From the NCBI GenBank assembly GCA_046733215.1, contig JBKPOS010000056.1, positions 1 through 58,649 on the forward strand: a DNA stretch of 58,649 nucleotides, read 5' to 3'. Positions 28,418-38,799 of this stretch are shown piece after piece (within the stretch, counting starts at the first letter, position 1; the number at the start of each line of letters is the position of its first letter). A program made the position numbers and the translations under genes. Below the pieces are notes generated by a model that was not told where the DNA came from, did not search any database, and was given only the letters and a program-made list of their open reading frames with translations. This stretch comes from Gemmatimonadota bacterium (GTDB lineage Bacteria > Gemmatimonadota > Gemmatimonadetes > Gemmatimonadales > GWC2-71-9).

Positions 28418-30019
28418 ATGACGGTTCAGGCGAGATTCGTCCAGCGGGAAACGCTTACCCTCGAAGAACATGGGCTCAACCCCGAACGCATCCTCCCGAA
28501 TCTCACCGTTCCGAGACTGATCGAGTACGCGCTCCGGCGGGAAGAAGGCGTCGTCACCGATCATGGCGCGTTTGCGGCGGTGACCACGCCGAAAACAGGT
28601 CGCTCGGCCAAGGACAAATTCGTGGTCGCGGAACCGGACTCGGAAGCCGAGATCTGGTGGGACAAGAACGCCCGGATGGATGGGCGCGCCTTCGATCGAC
28701 TGCACTCCGACGTTCGCGCCTTTCTCGACACCCGCGAGCTATTCGTCCAGGATCTGTTCGGCGGCGCGGAGCTGGCCTATCGGCTCTCGGTCCGCTTCAT
28801 AACGCCGAGCGCGTGGCATGCCCTGTTCGTGCGGCACATGTTCATCCGTCCCCAGCCCGCAGACCTCGCCCAGTTCCAGCCCGGGTTCACCGTGCTTCAT
28901 GCGCCGGAGTTCCAGGCGGATCCCGGACGACACGGCACCCGAACCGGAACGTTCGTCGCGATCAGTCTCGCCAAGCGCCTCGTGCTGATAGGCGGCACCC
29001 GGTACGCTGGGGAGATGAAGAAGTCGATCTTCACGGTGCTCAACTATTTGCTCCCGCAGCAGGGCGTGCTCCCCATGCATTGCTCCGCCAATGTGGGGCC
29101 GGATCACGACACCGCGATCTTCTTCGGTCTCTCGGGCACCGGCAAGACCACGCTCTCGGCCGATCCGTCACGCAGCCTGATCGGCGACGACGAGCACGGC
29201 TGGAGCGACAACGGTGTGTTCAACTTCGAAGGCGGATGCTACGCCAAGGTCATCAGACTGCGACCCGACACCGAGCCGGAGATCTACAACGCCACCCGGA
29301 CGTTTGGCACCGTCCTCGAAAATGTCGTGCTCGATCCCGCAACTCGATCGGTGGATTACGACTGCGACCGGATCACCGAAAACACCCGCGCCTGTTATCC
29401 GATCCACTACATCAGTAACCATCTCCCCGGCGGTTGCGGCGGTCATCCGGTCAACGTCGTGTTCCTCACGGCAGATGCCTTCGGCGTCATGCCGCCGGTC
29501 GCGCGGCTCACACCCGACCAGGCGATGTATCACTTCCTGTCCGGCTACACCGCGAAGGTAGCCGGCACCGAGGCGGGCGTGACCGAGCCGACCGCGACGT
29601 TCAGCGCCTGTTTCGGCGCGCCCTTCCTCCCGCTGCATCCGGGAGTCTACGCGAAGATGCTGGGCGAGCGGATCGGGGGTCACGGCGCCCGAGTCTGGCT
29701 GGTCAACACCGGCTGGAGCGGGGGCGCGTTCGGAACCGGTTCACGAATGAAGCTGTCGTACACCCGCGCAATGGTCCGCGCGGCGCTCTCCGGTGCGCTC
29801 GACCGGGCTCGCTACCAGCAGGATCCGGTGTTCGGACTCGAAGTACCGGTTTCCGTTCCCGACGTACCCGCCAATCTGCTGGATCCGCGTCGGACGTGGA
29901 GCGATCCGGCTGCGTACGACGCTCAGGCACGTAAGCTCGCGACGATGTTTCGGGAGAACTTCGAGCAGTTTCGGGCGGAGGTGCCGGCGTCCGCCGCCGC
30001 CGCCGGGCCTCGGATCTAG
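28418..30019 (+). CDS. pckA: Phosphoenolpyruvate carboxykinase (ATP)
   Basis: [52 protein letters not shown]. Confidence 0.97.
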   Translation: MTVQARFVQRETLTLEEHGLNPERILPNLTVPRLIEYALRREEGVVTDHGAFAAVTTPKTGRSAKDKFVVAEPDSEAEIWWDKNARMDGRAFDRLHSDVRAFLDTRELFVQDLFGGAELAYRLSVRFITPSAWHALFVRHMFIRPQPADLAQFQPGFTVLHAPEFQADPGRHGTRTGTFVAISLAKRLVLIGGTRYAGEMKKSIFTVLNYLLPQQGVLPMHCSANVGPDHDTAIFFGLSGTGKTTLSADPSRSLIGDDEHGWSDNGVFNFEGGCYAKVIRLRPDTEPEIYNATRTFGTVLENVVLDPATRSVDYDCDRITENTRACYPIHYISNHLPGGCGGHPVNVVFLTADAFGVMPPVARLTPDQAMYHFLSGYTAKVAGTEAGVTEPTATFSACFGAPFLPLHPGVYAKMLGERIGGHGARVWLVNTGWSGGAFGTGSRMKLSYTRAMVRAALSGALDRARYQQDPVFGLEVPVSVPDVPANLLDPRRTWSDPAAYDAQARKLATMFRENFEQFRAEVPASAAAAGPRI

Positions 30020-30125
30020 ACCGGGGTTGCGAACTACGGCGCGCCGCTCGGCTGGACTGAGCGAACCGCAGCGCCCGTAGGACCTCCATTCGTTCGAGAC
30101 GAGCTCTCCGGCACTCCATAAGCGC

Positions 30126-31427
30126 ATGGCTCTATCGCCTGAATTCGAAGTCATTCGCGACCCCCTCTGGGACAACATCCGGCTCGACCGGGCCGCGCTC
30201 GCAGCGCTCGACACACCCACCGTTCAACGGCTCCGCTATGTGCGACAGCTCGGCCACGCCTTCCTGGTCTATCCCGGCGCGACTCACACCCGCTTCGAGC
30301 ATGCTCTGGGTGCATATCATCTGACTCGCAAGGCGCTGGCGTCCCTCGAAGAGCGGGGCGAGCTGGCATGCGTCCCCGAGCAGGACCGGATGGCGGTGCG
30401 GATGGCGGCGCTACTGCACGACATCGGCCACTATCCGTTCTCGCACGCGCTCGAGGAAGCCGGGTTCCCGAACCACGAAGGGCTTGGCGTCGCCAAGCTC
30501 GCCCAGGGAGAGTTGGGCTTGCGGCTGCGCGACATGGGCGACGGCTTTCCCGAACTGGTCGGTGCATTGATCACGCAGCGAAGCCGAAGCCCGCTGCAAG
30601 GCTTGATCTCAGGCTCGCTCGATTTGGACAAGATCGACTACCTGAGTCGCGACGCCTTCATGTGCGGCGTTCCGTATGGGAAGGTCGACGTGGACCGCCT
30701 GCTGGCATCCCTCACGTTGGTGGAGAGCGGCGGACGACTGGAGGTCGGTGTCCATGAGAAGGGGGTGAGCGCGCTCGAATCTCTGCTCTTCGCGAAGTAC
30801 CAGATGTATCGCAACGTGTACTGGCACCACGCAGTCCGCTCGGCGACCTGCATGTTCAAGCGGGCGGTGCGGGCCGCGGTCGCGCAGAAGGCAATCGATA
30901 TGGGGGCGATCTCCGAGGCGACCGACGACGCGCTGATGGAGCTGTTGCTTCGGCCGGCGAACGATCGAGCCGACAACCAGTGGACAGAGCTTGCCGGCGC
31001 AATCCGGGCACGCCGCCTGTATAAGCGGGCAGTCGACCTGCCGGCCAGCGATGTTCCTTCCGGGGTACAGCTTTGGCTGGGCGACGACGCAGACCTGACC
31101 GCGCGAGTAGAGGACGCCCTGGCTGCAGAGCTGGAGCTGCCGCGTGGCGGGCTCCTGCTCGACTTTCCTTCGCGTTCGTCGATGCTGGGCGTGGACCTAC
31201 CCCTGCGTCTTCGCACCGGGGCAACCGATCGCCTGACCGACGAAGGTCGCGCCGGTCAGCTCGGGTTGCCCCGCGTAGCGGACGAATTGTACAGGAGCGC
31301 CCAGCGGTTTCGGGTCTTCGTCGCCAATCCGGTGGCGCGAAGCCTCAATGGGATTCTGGAGGTGGCGACGCTGCCGGTCGCTGAGATCGAGAGCCGCCTC
31401 CGGGCGGGGAAGCCTTTACTGCACTGA
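30126..31427 (+). CDS. HD-domain phosphohydrolase (dNTPase/SAMHD1-like)
   Basis: QRLRYVRQLG, YPGATHTRFEHALG, LLHDIGHYPFSH, DKIDYL.RD, VYWH. Confidence 0.9.
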   Translation: MALSPEFEVIRDPLWDNIRLDRAALAALDTPTVQRLRYVRQLGHAFLVYPGATHTRFEHALGAYHLTRKALASLEERGELACVPEQDRMAVRMAALLHDIGHYPFSHALEEAGFPNHEGLGVAKLAQGELGLRLRDMGDGFPELVGALITQRSRSPLQGLISGSLDLDKIDYLSRDAFMCGVPYGKVDVDRLLASLTLVESGGRLEVGVHEKGVSALESLLFAKYQMYRNVYWHHAVRSATCMFKRAVRAAVAQKAIDMGAISEATDDALMELLLRPANDRADNQWTELAGAIRARRLYKRAVDLPASDVPSGVQLWLGDDADLTARVEDALAAELELPRGGLLLDFPSRSSMLGVDLPLRLRTGATDRLTDEGRAGQLGLPRVADELYRSAQRFRVFVANPVARSLNGILEVATLPVAEIESRLRAGKPLLH

Positions 31428-33456
31428 ACCCCGAGTCCCGCGCGGGATTCCGATCCGCTGCAAATGGATCCTGCGCAGCAAACGCGGCCTTGATCTGAGA
31501 GTCAGTCAGCAGCGGAAACTGCGGCAGGTACGGCGCCGAGCGATCGAGCCCGCGAATCTCCACCGCATGCGTCTCCATCCAGCTTGCCAATCCCTCGAGC
31601 ACCCGCTGATTCGCCTGACCGTGCGGCGTGCCATCTCCCGCATTGGCACTGATGATACCGCCGAGCGCGAGACGGGGTCGCGGCGCGAAGGCGACCTCGG
31701 ACAGCTTGGCCCGATACTCCAGCTCCGCCGGTCTAAACTTGGTCGGCAGATTGTTATCGATCGCGTGCCGCCCCTCATGCGCGAAGATCGAGCTTTCCAC
31801 CAAGCCACGGCCATACTCCCGCTTGAAGGCTGACTCGAGCTCGGTGCCCGAAAGCCCCGTGCTGCGCAGCGAATCGAGTAACAGGCGACGTCCGTCGCGC
31901 GAGAGCCGCTCCTCAACGCTCGGGAAATACGCGACCGGCGTGCGTTGCGCCTTCGCGATGTCCGCAACGCTGTCGGCCCCGAGCTCCTCGGCCAGCCGAT
32001 GGATGGTCTTCGGGTCCGTGGTCTGTCGCCAGGCCAGCATCGGGTCGTCGGCGTACGCCGGACGTACCTGGACGATCAGGTTCTTTGTCGCCCAGCCGCC
32101 GTGCTGCGCGTTCCCATCCCACGCCCAGCTCTGAAACCCATTCGACGCGATGGCATCGAGCGCCACGAAACGGACTCGACCGGTGTAACCGTACTGCTCC
32201 ACGGTCCGCCGATCGTCGAGCACCCGATGGCCCATGTGCAGGTCCTGATATCCCGCGGTCTCGCCCAGGTTGATCAGAGTCCCGAATCGGCGGTCGAGCT
32301 CCGCCTCGAATCGCTCCTTAGTGAACTTCGGAACGGAGCCGGTCCAGAGCAGGCGAGGCCAGAGTCGCCGTGCCGCGGAGTCGAGTGACGCCTTCCAGAT
32401 TTCCGGGTTTCCCCGCTTCTGCGCTGTTGCCCGATAGTAACGATCCGTGAGAACGCGGATCGAATCTACAAAGCCGGCATACACCACCGTCTCACGTGCC
32501 CGGGCATCACGGGATGCAAGGGTGGTTCCGTCGGCGTCGCGCGCGAGCGCGACTACTGCCGCCGCCGAAAAGAGCCGCGAGTCCCGAAGGGCACGTGCCA
32601 AGGTGGCCCGCTGTCGTGAGACAGCGGCGGATCCTGTGGAATGCCTGCTCGCGACGTCTCGGAGTACCCGACGGGGGCCGGCGAGCAATGCGTGCAGCGT
32701 GTCGCCGGTCTCCACCAGGTAGTAAGAGCGCCACCCATCGAACACAGCGGCGGGATCGTCGGCCAGTACGCCGGCGAGAATCAAGAGGCGACCGGCATTG
32801 AGCCCCCCGGGCGACCGTTGCACGATGCTGTCCAGCCGGACGAGGGCTTGGTGGAGTGCTGACGAATCAGGGAAAGCTCGGTCAGGCAGCCCGTTGCCCC
32901 AGCGCGGTGCCGCTGCCCGCCCAAGGCGTTGACGGAGGAGCGGCGTAATCACGGCTTCCGACCAGGCCGTTGTGGCATCGTCTCTCTCTGCCTCGGTCGT
33001 CGCGGCGGTGCCCGCCTGCGCAGCTGCTTCGCGTGCGCCGGCGTAGTCGCCCAAAAGGCGAAGCATCCGTGATCGCTCGGCCAGTGCATCAAACCGCCCC
33101 CACGACGTCGCAGCCGCGTCGCGCAACACCCGCGCTGCCGAAGCGGTATCTTCGCGCACGCGCCATCCAATCGCAGCGAAAGCAATTGCTGCCTGGCGCC
33201 GATGCGCGGAAACCGTGTCGCCGATCAACACGGCGCGAAAGGCCGAGTCGGCGACGTCGAAGTCGTGGCTCATGAATGCGGCCTGGGCGCGCTCGAACGG
33301 GGGCTGGGGACGAGACGATTGTGAGTCCGGCTGCTGCGCCGTCGCAGGGGATAGGAGCAGAAAGCAGGCGAGCGCGACCAAGAGACCGCCATTGCGAGCA
33401 CCGCACCGGAGCCAGTGCGCCACGGACTTGCTGTTGCTCGGGGAAAAAACGCTCAT
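31345..33456 (-). CDS. Secreted helical-repeat protein with a C-terminal HExxH (gluzincin-like) motif
   Basis: Signal-like LLVALACFLLLSPATA; TPR-like helices; IFAHEGRHAID...ELEYRAKL. Confidence 0.7.
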   Translation of the reverse strand: MSVFSPSNSKSVAHWLRCGARNGGLLVALACFLLLSPATAQQPDSQSSRPQPPFERAQAAFMSHDFDVADSAFRAVLIGDTVSAHRRQAAIAFAAIGWRVREDTASAARVLRDAAATSWGRFDALAERSRMLRLLGDYAGAREAAAQAGTAATTEAERDDATTAWSEAVITPLLRQRLGRAAAPRWGNGLPDRAFPDSSALHQALVRLDSIVQRSPGGLNAGRLLILAGVLADDPAAVFDGWRSYYLVETGDTLHALLAGPRRVLRDVASRHSTGSAAVSRQRATLARALRDSRLFSAAAVVALARDADGTTLASRDARARETVVYAGFVDSIRVLTDRYYRATAQKRGNPEIWKASLDSAARRLWPRLLWTGSVPKFTKERFEAELDRRFGTLINLGETAGYQDLHMGHRVLDDRRTVEQYGYTGRVRFVALDAIASNGFQSWAWDGNAQHGGWATKNLIVQVRPAYADDPMLAWRQTTDPKTIHRLAEELGADSVADIAKAQRTPVAYFPSVEERLSRDGRRLLLDSLRSTGLSGTELESAFKREYGRGLVESSIFAHEGRHAIDNNLPTKFRPAELEYRAKLSEVAFAPRPRLALGGIISANAGDGTPHGQANQRVLEGLASWMETHAVEIRGLDRSAPYLPQFPLLTDSQIKAAFAAQDPFAADRNPARDSGFSAVKASPPGGGSRSQRPAASPPPESH

Positions 33457-33469
33457 GAGGGAAAGGCTC

Positions 33470-34531
33470 TCATATCGAAGCTGAACGGGAGCGGCGAGCG
33501 GGCACATGTTGAGCCGAAGGCAGCTCGCGAGGCTCCCAACCAAGCTCTTGTCCGAGTGTGGTCAGATCTTTGGGATCGATCAGGTAGCGAATCTCGATCG
33601 CTCTTGGGTCTGCCCGCTGAGCGGGGAGCAGAGAGCCCCATTCGCGAGGCGAAAAGAGAACGGCAGTGTTCGGATCCGCAGTCGCGAGCGCCGAGCCGAC
33701 AGACGACTCCACGGTCGGCACAAGCTCGAATCGGTCGGAGGGGAGCACACTGCGAAGATCCGCCGCGATATTGCCGGCCATGGTGTGGTCTCGCTCGCAC
33801 ACCACCACCCGGGTTCGTCTTCCGCGGCGTCCGAACTGCTGGAGCCGAGGGGCGAGCGCAGGATCCGGATGGATCGCGACGAAATGCACGGAGGCGGATC
33901 GTTCCGGCCAGCGCGTACGGATGTCGTTGTAGTGAAAGTAGGTCGCCACAATCACGCCGGTCGGCGGCTCGCCCGGGCGCTCGAGGCTCCATCCTTGCGC
34001 GCTCGCCTGCCAGTCGGCGCTCACCTGCAGCGCAAGATCGGCTGCCTGCGTTTCGCTACACTCGATCACATACACCGGTGGCGCGGCGCTCACGGCGGCG
34101 CCGAGGAAGGCCAGCCGGTGACGGACCTCACTCGACGTGAGTCCGTAGCGGCTCGCAGCTTCCCGCAGCATGTCAAGAAGGAAGCGGTCCGCCTCTCTGG
34201 CTTCCTGCGACCCTGAGCGGCTTCGGCCGTGACTCGAGCGGTCGGGGCCGGCGGCGTGGATTCGCTTGGGCGCTCCCTGAGCGGCCTCGGCGCGCCGGCC
34301 GACGACCACGGTGCCATGCGGCGCCTGAGTCCGGACCAGCCCTTCCGTGGCCAGGCTAGCATAGGCGTGCCGAACCGTATGGAGGTTCACGCCCCAGCGG
34401 CGCGCAGCATCGCGGAGGGACGGGAGAGCGGCTCCCGGCTCGAGAACGCCCGTGGCGATCTGATAGCGGATCCCTTCGGCCAGCTGATGGTAGAGCGGGA
34501 GGGGTGAGGCGGGGTCGAGATTGAGTCGCAT
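33470..34531 (-). CDS. GntR family transcriptional regulator with a long C-terminal domain
   Basis: PLYHQLAEGIRYQIATG.L.PG..LPSLRDAA...VNLHTVRHAY..L..EGLV. Confidence 0.9.
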   Translation of the reverse strand: MRLNLDPASPLPLYHQLAEGIRYQIATGVLEPGAALPSLRDAARRWGVNLHTVRHAYASLATEGLVRTQAPHGTVVVGRRAEAAQGAPKRIHAAGPDRSSHGRSRSGSQEAREADRFLLDMLREAASRYGLTSSEVRHRLAFLGAAVSAAPPVYVIECSETQAADLALQVSADWQASAQGWSLERPGEPPTGVIVATYFHYNDIRTRWPERSASVHFVAIHPDPALAPRLQQFGRRGRRTRVVVCERDHTMAGNIAADLRSVLPSDRFELVPTVESSVGSALATADPNTAVLFSPREWGSLLPAQRADPRAIEIRYLIDPKDLTTLGQELGWEPRELPSAQHVPARRSRSASI

Positions 34532-34534
34532 CGG

Positions 34535-34555
34535 TGTTATATAACAATATAACAG
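34535..34555. promoter_or_regulatory. GntR-type operator: perfect palindrome TGTTATATAACA plus an adjacent repeated half site
   Basis: Palindrome at 34535-34546, 3 nt from the GntR ATG; ATATAACA repeats immediately after; AT-rich island in GC-rich DNA. Confidence 0.7.
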
Positions 34556-34711
34556 CAAGCCCGCTAGGGCTTTTCCGATCAGTGCCTCGGCGCGACGAGC
34601 GCAGCCGCTATGGCCAACGGTTAACGGCTAACCCCCACCGTGCGCCGCGTCACGCTCTGGCTTCCCATCTGCCCACCGCCAGGACCAGAGACCTCTTCCT
34701 ATCATGGCTGC

Positions 34712-36439
34712 ATGAGCCTGCGGCGTCGTTCCCGTCTGGCCGCCGTTGGCTTGGTTGTGGGCGGCGGCGCGATTGTTATTGCCGCCATCGTATGGTGGTG
34801 GCTCTCTCAGATGCCGGAACGCCTCATTCGGAAAGCGATTGCGGCGGCAAGTGCCGGCGTGCTCCAGACGTCCGACAGCGTATATCGCCTCACCTTCGGC
34901 CCCTTCGCGTATGAACGCGCCAGTCGCAACCTGACGTTCGACTGGATCCGACTCGAGACCGACACCAGCCGGAATCGGTCGAGGGCGGCACCGCTCCCAT
35001 TGGTGACGGCGGTTGTGCGTGGAACTCATATCGAAAAGCTGGGTCTTCCATCTCCTATCGGACCTCGGCGCACTCTGTCGATCGGCACGATCCACCTCGA
35101 CGACGTCCGCCTCCGGCTCTCACCGGGCTTGCCCGGTCGTGAGGAGTCCTCGAATCGCCGAATTGCGGCCGGCGCTACAGCCGATACGCCGGCTGAGACG
35201 GACCGCTCGCCGCCAAAGAGCTCGACACTCGAATGGTGGTCCAAGGGCACCCTTCCCAAGGCAGCGTCACGAATTCGGATTACGCACGTCGAGCTGCCGC
35301 GGGTGACGATCGAGCTCGACAGTGCTCCCGGCCTGCCGCGTCGCGTGCCGCGGCTGTCGCTTAGGGCTGACGAAATCTCGGCTGGGCCGCCGGCCGGCGG
35401 GGGAACTCCGGTACGGATCGGCAACGTTTGGCTTCGGGCGGAGGGATATAGCGGAGTCTGGGATTCGCTGACCAGCGTCGATATTGCGAGGATCGAGCTG
35501 AGCGCGGCGGATTCAGTGCTGCGAATAGACAGCGTCGAAGTGCGCCCCACGCTCGATCTGGCGGCGCAACGCAAACGCAACAAGTGGCGGCGCACCCGAA
35601 TCGGCGCCAGCATTGCCGCCATCACTGCGCATGGAGTGGACTGCGGGGCGCTCCTGCGAAGCGGAACCGTCGCTATTCGCACCATCGACGTGGCGACGCC
35701 GAAGCTCGATCTGCTGGTCGATCGCAAGCCTCAGCCCGATCCGCGGCCTGAGCCCGCGCGCATGCCGAACCGGGTCATGCGCCAGCTGGCCGTGCGGGTC
35801 GCAATTGATACCGTACGAGCGGACAACGGAACCATCGTCTATGGCGAGCTCGAGCCGTGGCGGCGTCGACCCGGCATCGTCACCTTCGAGCACGTCCACG
35901 GCACCGCCGTCAATGTGTCGAACGTGCCCGGTCGAATGTCGGACACCACACCGATGGTGTTCACGGGGTCGGCCCGTTTCATGGGGAACGGCCGCTTCTC
36001 CACCGTCCTCGAGATTCCGCTCCTGGCAGACCGGTTTCGCATGAAGTACCGGGGCAATCTCGGGCCGATGCCGATGATTGACTTCAACCGATTCATTGCA
36101 GTCAACACCCCCGCCAAGGTGCGCCGCGGCGAGGCACTGGGGCTCACATTCGATGCGCGGGTGGTTGATGACCACGCGACTGGGCGGCTGATTCCGCAGT
36201 ATCGCGACTTCAAGATCGGCATCAACAAGCGAGGCGGCGGCCTGTTTGCCAAGATTGGCCGCCATATCGGAAGCTTCTTCTTCAACAACTTCAAACTGCG
36301 GACCGACAACCCGGAGGACGACGGCAAAGGCCGGCTCGCGGTAGGGCGGATCGACCGCCGGCGGGAGCCGGCGGAGCAGCTATTCCCCTTTCTGTGGTCC
36401 ACCTTGCGCGATCCGTTGAGGGAGGTCATGACTCCATAA
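34712..36439 (+). CDS. Membrane-anchored beta-rich protein (AsmA/DUF748-like)
   Basis: N-terminal TM helix, long beta-strand-rich body, amphipathic C-terminus FPFLWSTLRDPLREVM. Confidence 0.6.
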   Translation: MSLRRRSRLAAVGLVVGGGAIVIAAIVWWWLSQMPERLIRKAIAAASAGVLQTSDSVYRLTFGPFAYERASRNLTFDWIRLETDTSRNRSRAAPLPLVTAVVRGTHIEKLGLPSPIGPRRTLSIGTIHLDDVRLRLSPGLPGREESSNRRIAAGATADTPAETDRSPPKSSTLEWWSKGTLPKAASRIRITHVELPRVTIELDSAPGLPRRVPRLSLRADEISAGPPAGGGTPVRIGNVWLRAEGYSGVWDSLTSVDIARIELSAADSVLRIDSVEVRPTLDLAAQRKRNKWRRTRIGASIAAITAHGVDCGALLRSGTVAIRTIDVATPKLDLLVDRKPQPDPRPEPARMPNRVMRQLAVRVAIDTVRADNGTIVYGELEPWRRRPGIVTFEHVHGTAVNVSNVPGRMSDTTPMVFTGSARFMGNGRFSTVLEIPLLADRFRMKYRGNLGPMPMIDFNRFIAVNTPAKVRRGEALGLTFDARVVDDHATGRLIPQYRDFKIGINKRGGGLFAKIGRHIGSFFFNNFKLRTDNPEDDGKGRLAVGRIDRRREPAEQLFPFLWSTLRDPLREVMTP

Positions 36440-36483
36440 GATGTGCCTGTCAGGGCCCGGCGAAATTTGTTACGGAGGTTGCG

Positions 36484-36990
36484 TTGCCTCCTGCACCCGA
36501 TTTACAGGCGAGCCTGCTCTCCGCGTGGCGGACCAACAACCGAGTGACGGTCCACCTGATCGACGGCTTGCCACCGACGCTCTGGGATGTCGCTGTTCCG
36601 GGCTCGCGGCGCACGATCCGTGCGATAGCTGCCCACCTCCACAACGCGCGCTGCAGCTGGATTAAGACGCTCGGGCGGGAGCATGGCATTCCGACCCCGT
36701 CCCGCGTCGACCACCGTCATGTCACCCCTCGGCAACTCGTCGCCGCATTGAAACGCAGCAGCAGGGGGATGGAAGCGCTTCTCGAGCTCGGCTTTGCCGC
36801 GGGGGGCCAGGTCCCGCCATCCAAGGGCTACGTCTGGCGCAATCTCTCCCTCGACGTGGGGCACGTACTGACCTACTTCGTGGCGCACGAAGCTCATCAC
36901 CGCGGTCAGATCACCATGGTGGCGCGGCAGACGGGCCAGCGCTTGCCAACCGCGACCTCCGCCGGACTGTGGCAGTGGAAGACGCCCTAG
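36484..36990 (+). CDS. DinB family protein
   Basis: AHLHNAR...AHEAHHRGQI; GGAGG RBS before TTG 36484. Confidence 0.85.
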   Translation: MPPAPDLQASLLSAWRTNNRVTVHLIDGLPPTLWDVAVPGSRRTIRAIAAHLHNARCSWIKTLGREHGIPTPSRVDHRHVTPRQLVAALKRSSRGMEALLELGFAAGGQVPPSKGYVWRNLSLDVGHVLTYFVAHEAHHRGQITMVARQTGQRLPTATSAGLWQWKTP

Positions 36991-37427
36991 AGTACGCAAG
37001 GCGGCGAGCTTCGGCGGGCATCGCCGTGGTCAATCTCGTCTTGCTCGTTGCACACGGCTGGGTTCATCGCGTGCTCGGGGTCGCCCTGTCGCCCGCGCAG
37101 ACGGCAATAGTGTACGGGCTCATCGTCCCTGGACCGTTGATCGCGTTGCTTCTCCTCGGCTCTCCCTTTCTTGCCAATTGCGTCTTGCTGATCGCCATGA
37201 CCGTTGGTTTGGTCCTTGGTGGACTCTTTCATTACCTGGTAGTCTCACCAGATCACGTGGCGCACCTTCCGCCAGGTAGCGGTGGCACCTTGTTCCGGGC
37301 TTCTGCGGCGGGCCTGGCGATCGCTGAAGCAATTGGCATTATGGTGGCAATCGCTGGATTACGGCGCTCGGCAGGTGTCCGGCATGAAATAACCAATCAC
37401 CAGGTCAACATGCGAGAGGAGCCCTGA
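36969..37427 (+). CDS. Hypothetical 4-TM membrane protein with conserved-looking His residues
   Basis: Four hydrophobic segments; HGWVH and FHY...PDHV. Confidence 0.65.
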   Translation: MAVEDALEYARRRASAGIAVVNLVLLVAHGWVHRVLGVALSPAQTAIVYGLIVPGPLIALLLLGSPFLANCVLLIAMTVGLVLGGLFHYLVVSPDHVAHLPPGSGGTLFRASAAGLAIAEAIGIMVAIAGLRRSAGVRHEITNHQVNMREEP

Positions 37428-37830
37428 TGGACTCGGCAGCCGAGCGGGGGCGTCTGCTGGAGCGCGACGCCCAATGGGCAGCCGCGGCCGCCGAAGCCCA
37501 CGACGTCGAGCGCATTGTCGAGTTCTGGACCAACGACGCGCTGGTGTATGCGCCGGGCTTCCCGGTCGTTGCCGGCAAGGCGGCGTTACGCGCCTACGTC
37601 CAAGCGAGCCTGGCGATTCCCGGCTTCCGGATTACCTGGACGTCGTCTGACGTTCGGCTGTCGCCTGACGGCCAACTCGCTTACATGCTGAGCGAGAATG
37701 TCGTCACGGCGCCGGATCCCACCGGTCAACTGACGACAAGTCGGGGTCGGGCCGTCACCAAATCTGGCACCGAGAACGGGACGGCGAGTGGCGCTGCTCG
37801 GTCGATATCTGGAACCCCGGTCCAGGTTAA
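37427..37830 (+). pseudogene. SnoaL/DUF4440 (NTF2-like) protein, frameshifted near 37760
   Basis: The family C-terminus IWHRERDGEWRCSVDIWNPGPG* lies in another frame after GTCACC-AA-ATCTGG. Confidence 0.75.
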
Positions 37831-37844
37831 CTACGCAGCGCATA

Positions 37845-38373
37845 ATGACCATGCCAACCGATCGAATCCGCGCTCAGGTTGCGCTCGTCGAAGAACATGT
37901 AGGTAGAGAGAACGCTCACGACCTGGCCGGGATAATGGCAACATTCGGCCAGCAGGCCTGGTACGATGATGAGCCGTGGGGTGAACACCACGAGGGGCGT
38001 GAGGCGGTACACGACTACTACGAGGACCTGCTAACGTCGCTGCCTGACCTCCACATCGACATTGCGCACTGCCTGGCGGCCGAGGAGGGCGTCGCGCTGG
38101 AGGTCCGCATCAGCGGTACCCACCTCGGTCCCTGGCGCGGACTTCCACCCACGGGTCGACGGGTCTCGTTTCCCCCTTTGCGGGCTCTTCACCTTCGACC
38201 AGGACGGACGGCTGGCCGGCGAGCGCATCTACTACGACCGGGGAAGCGTACTGCAGCAGGTGGGCCTCTACCACAACCCTCAATCCTTCCTCGGCAGGAT
38301 GGAGACGTTGCTGGCGCATCCGCTTACGGTTGCCCGGGCTTATGCACGCCAGTTGAGCCGGTCGGGGCCCTAG
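37845..38373 (+). pseudogene. SnoaL-like ester cyclase, frameshifted in a C5 run at 38172-38176
   Basis: GTHLGPWRGLPPTGRRVSFP continues as LCGLFTFDQDGRLAGERIYYD only in the shifted frame. Confidence 0.75.
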
Positions 38374-38460
38374 TTTGCCCGCCGTCGGTGTGAGACGCGT
38401 TGCGCTCGGCCGCTTGGCCAGTATTGGTTTGTCAGTGCGCTGGATGACTGAGGGGGATCT

Positions 38461-38787
38461 ATGACCTTCAAGCCCTCGATCTGGTATCCGATCGCCGCCG
38501 GGCTGAGCGTTCTCAACGTGGTCGCAGTCGGATTTGCTGCCGCCGCGGCCGAGCCTTGGCACGCCGGCATTCATGCGACGCTCGGGCTGGCGTTCGGGTT
38601 ATGGGCTCAGCGTTTGCGCCGAAGCTACAGCGGAAGCGGGAGTGCCCTCGAGCCTAGAATCGAAGAGCTCGAGATCGAGATGGGCAGGCTGCGTCAGGAG
38701 CTCAGTGAAACCCAGGAGCGACTGGACTTCACCGAACGGGTGCTCGCGCAGGCCCCGGAAACCCGCCGAGTGGGCCCGCAGCCCTAG
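38461..38787 (+). CDS. Small 2-TM protein with a C-terminal coiled coil
   Basis: Two hydrophobic helices; ELSETQERLDFTERVL. Confidence 0.75.
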   Translation: MTFKPSIWYPIAAGLSVLNVVAVGFAAAAAEPWHAGIHATLGLAFGLWAQRLRRSYSGSGSALEPRIEELEIEMGRLRQELSETQERLDFTERVLAQAPETRRVGPQP

Positions 38788-38799
38788 CGGAGCGGTTCA

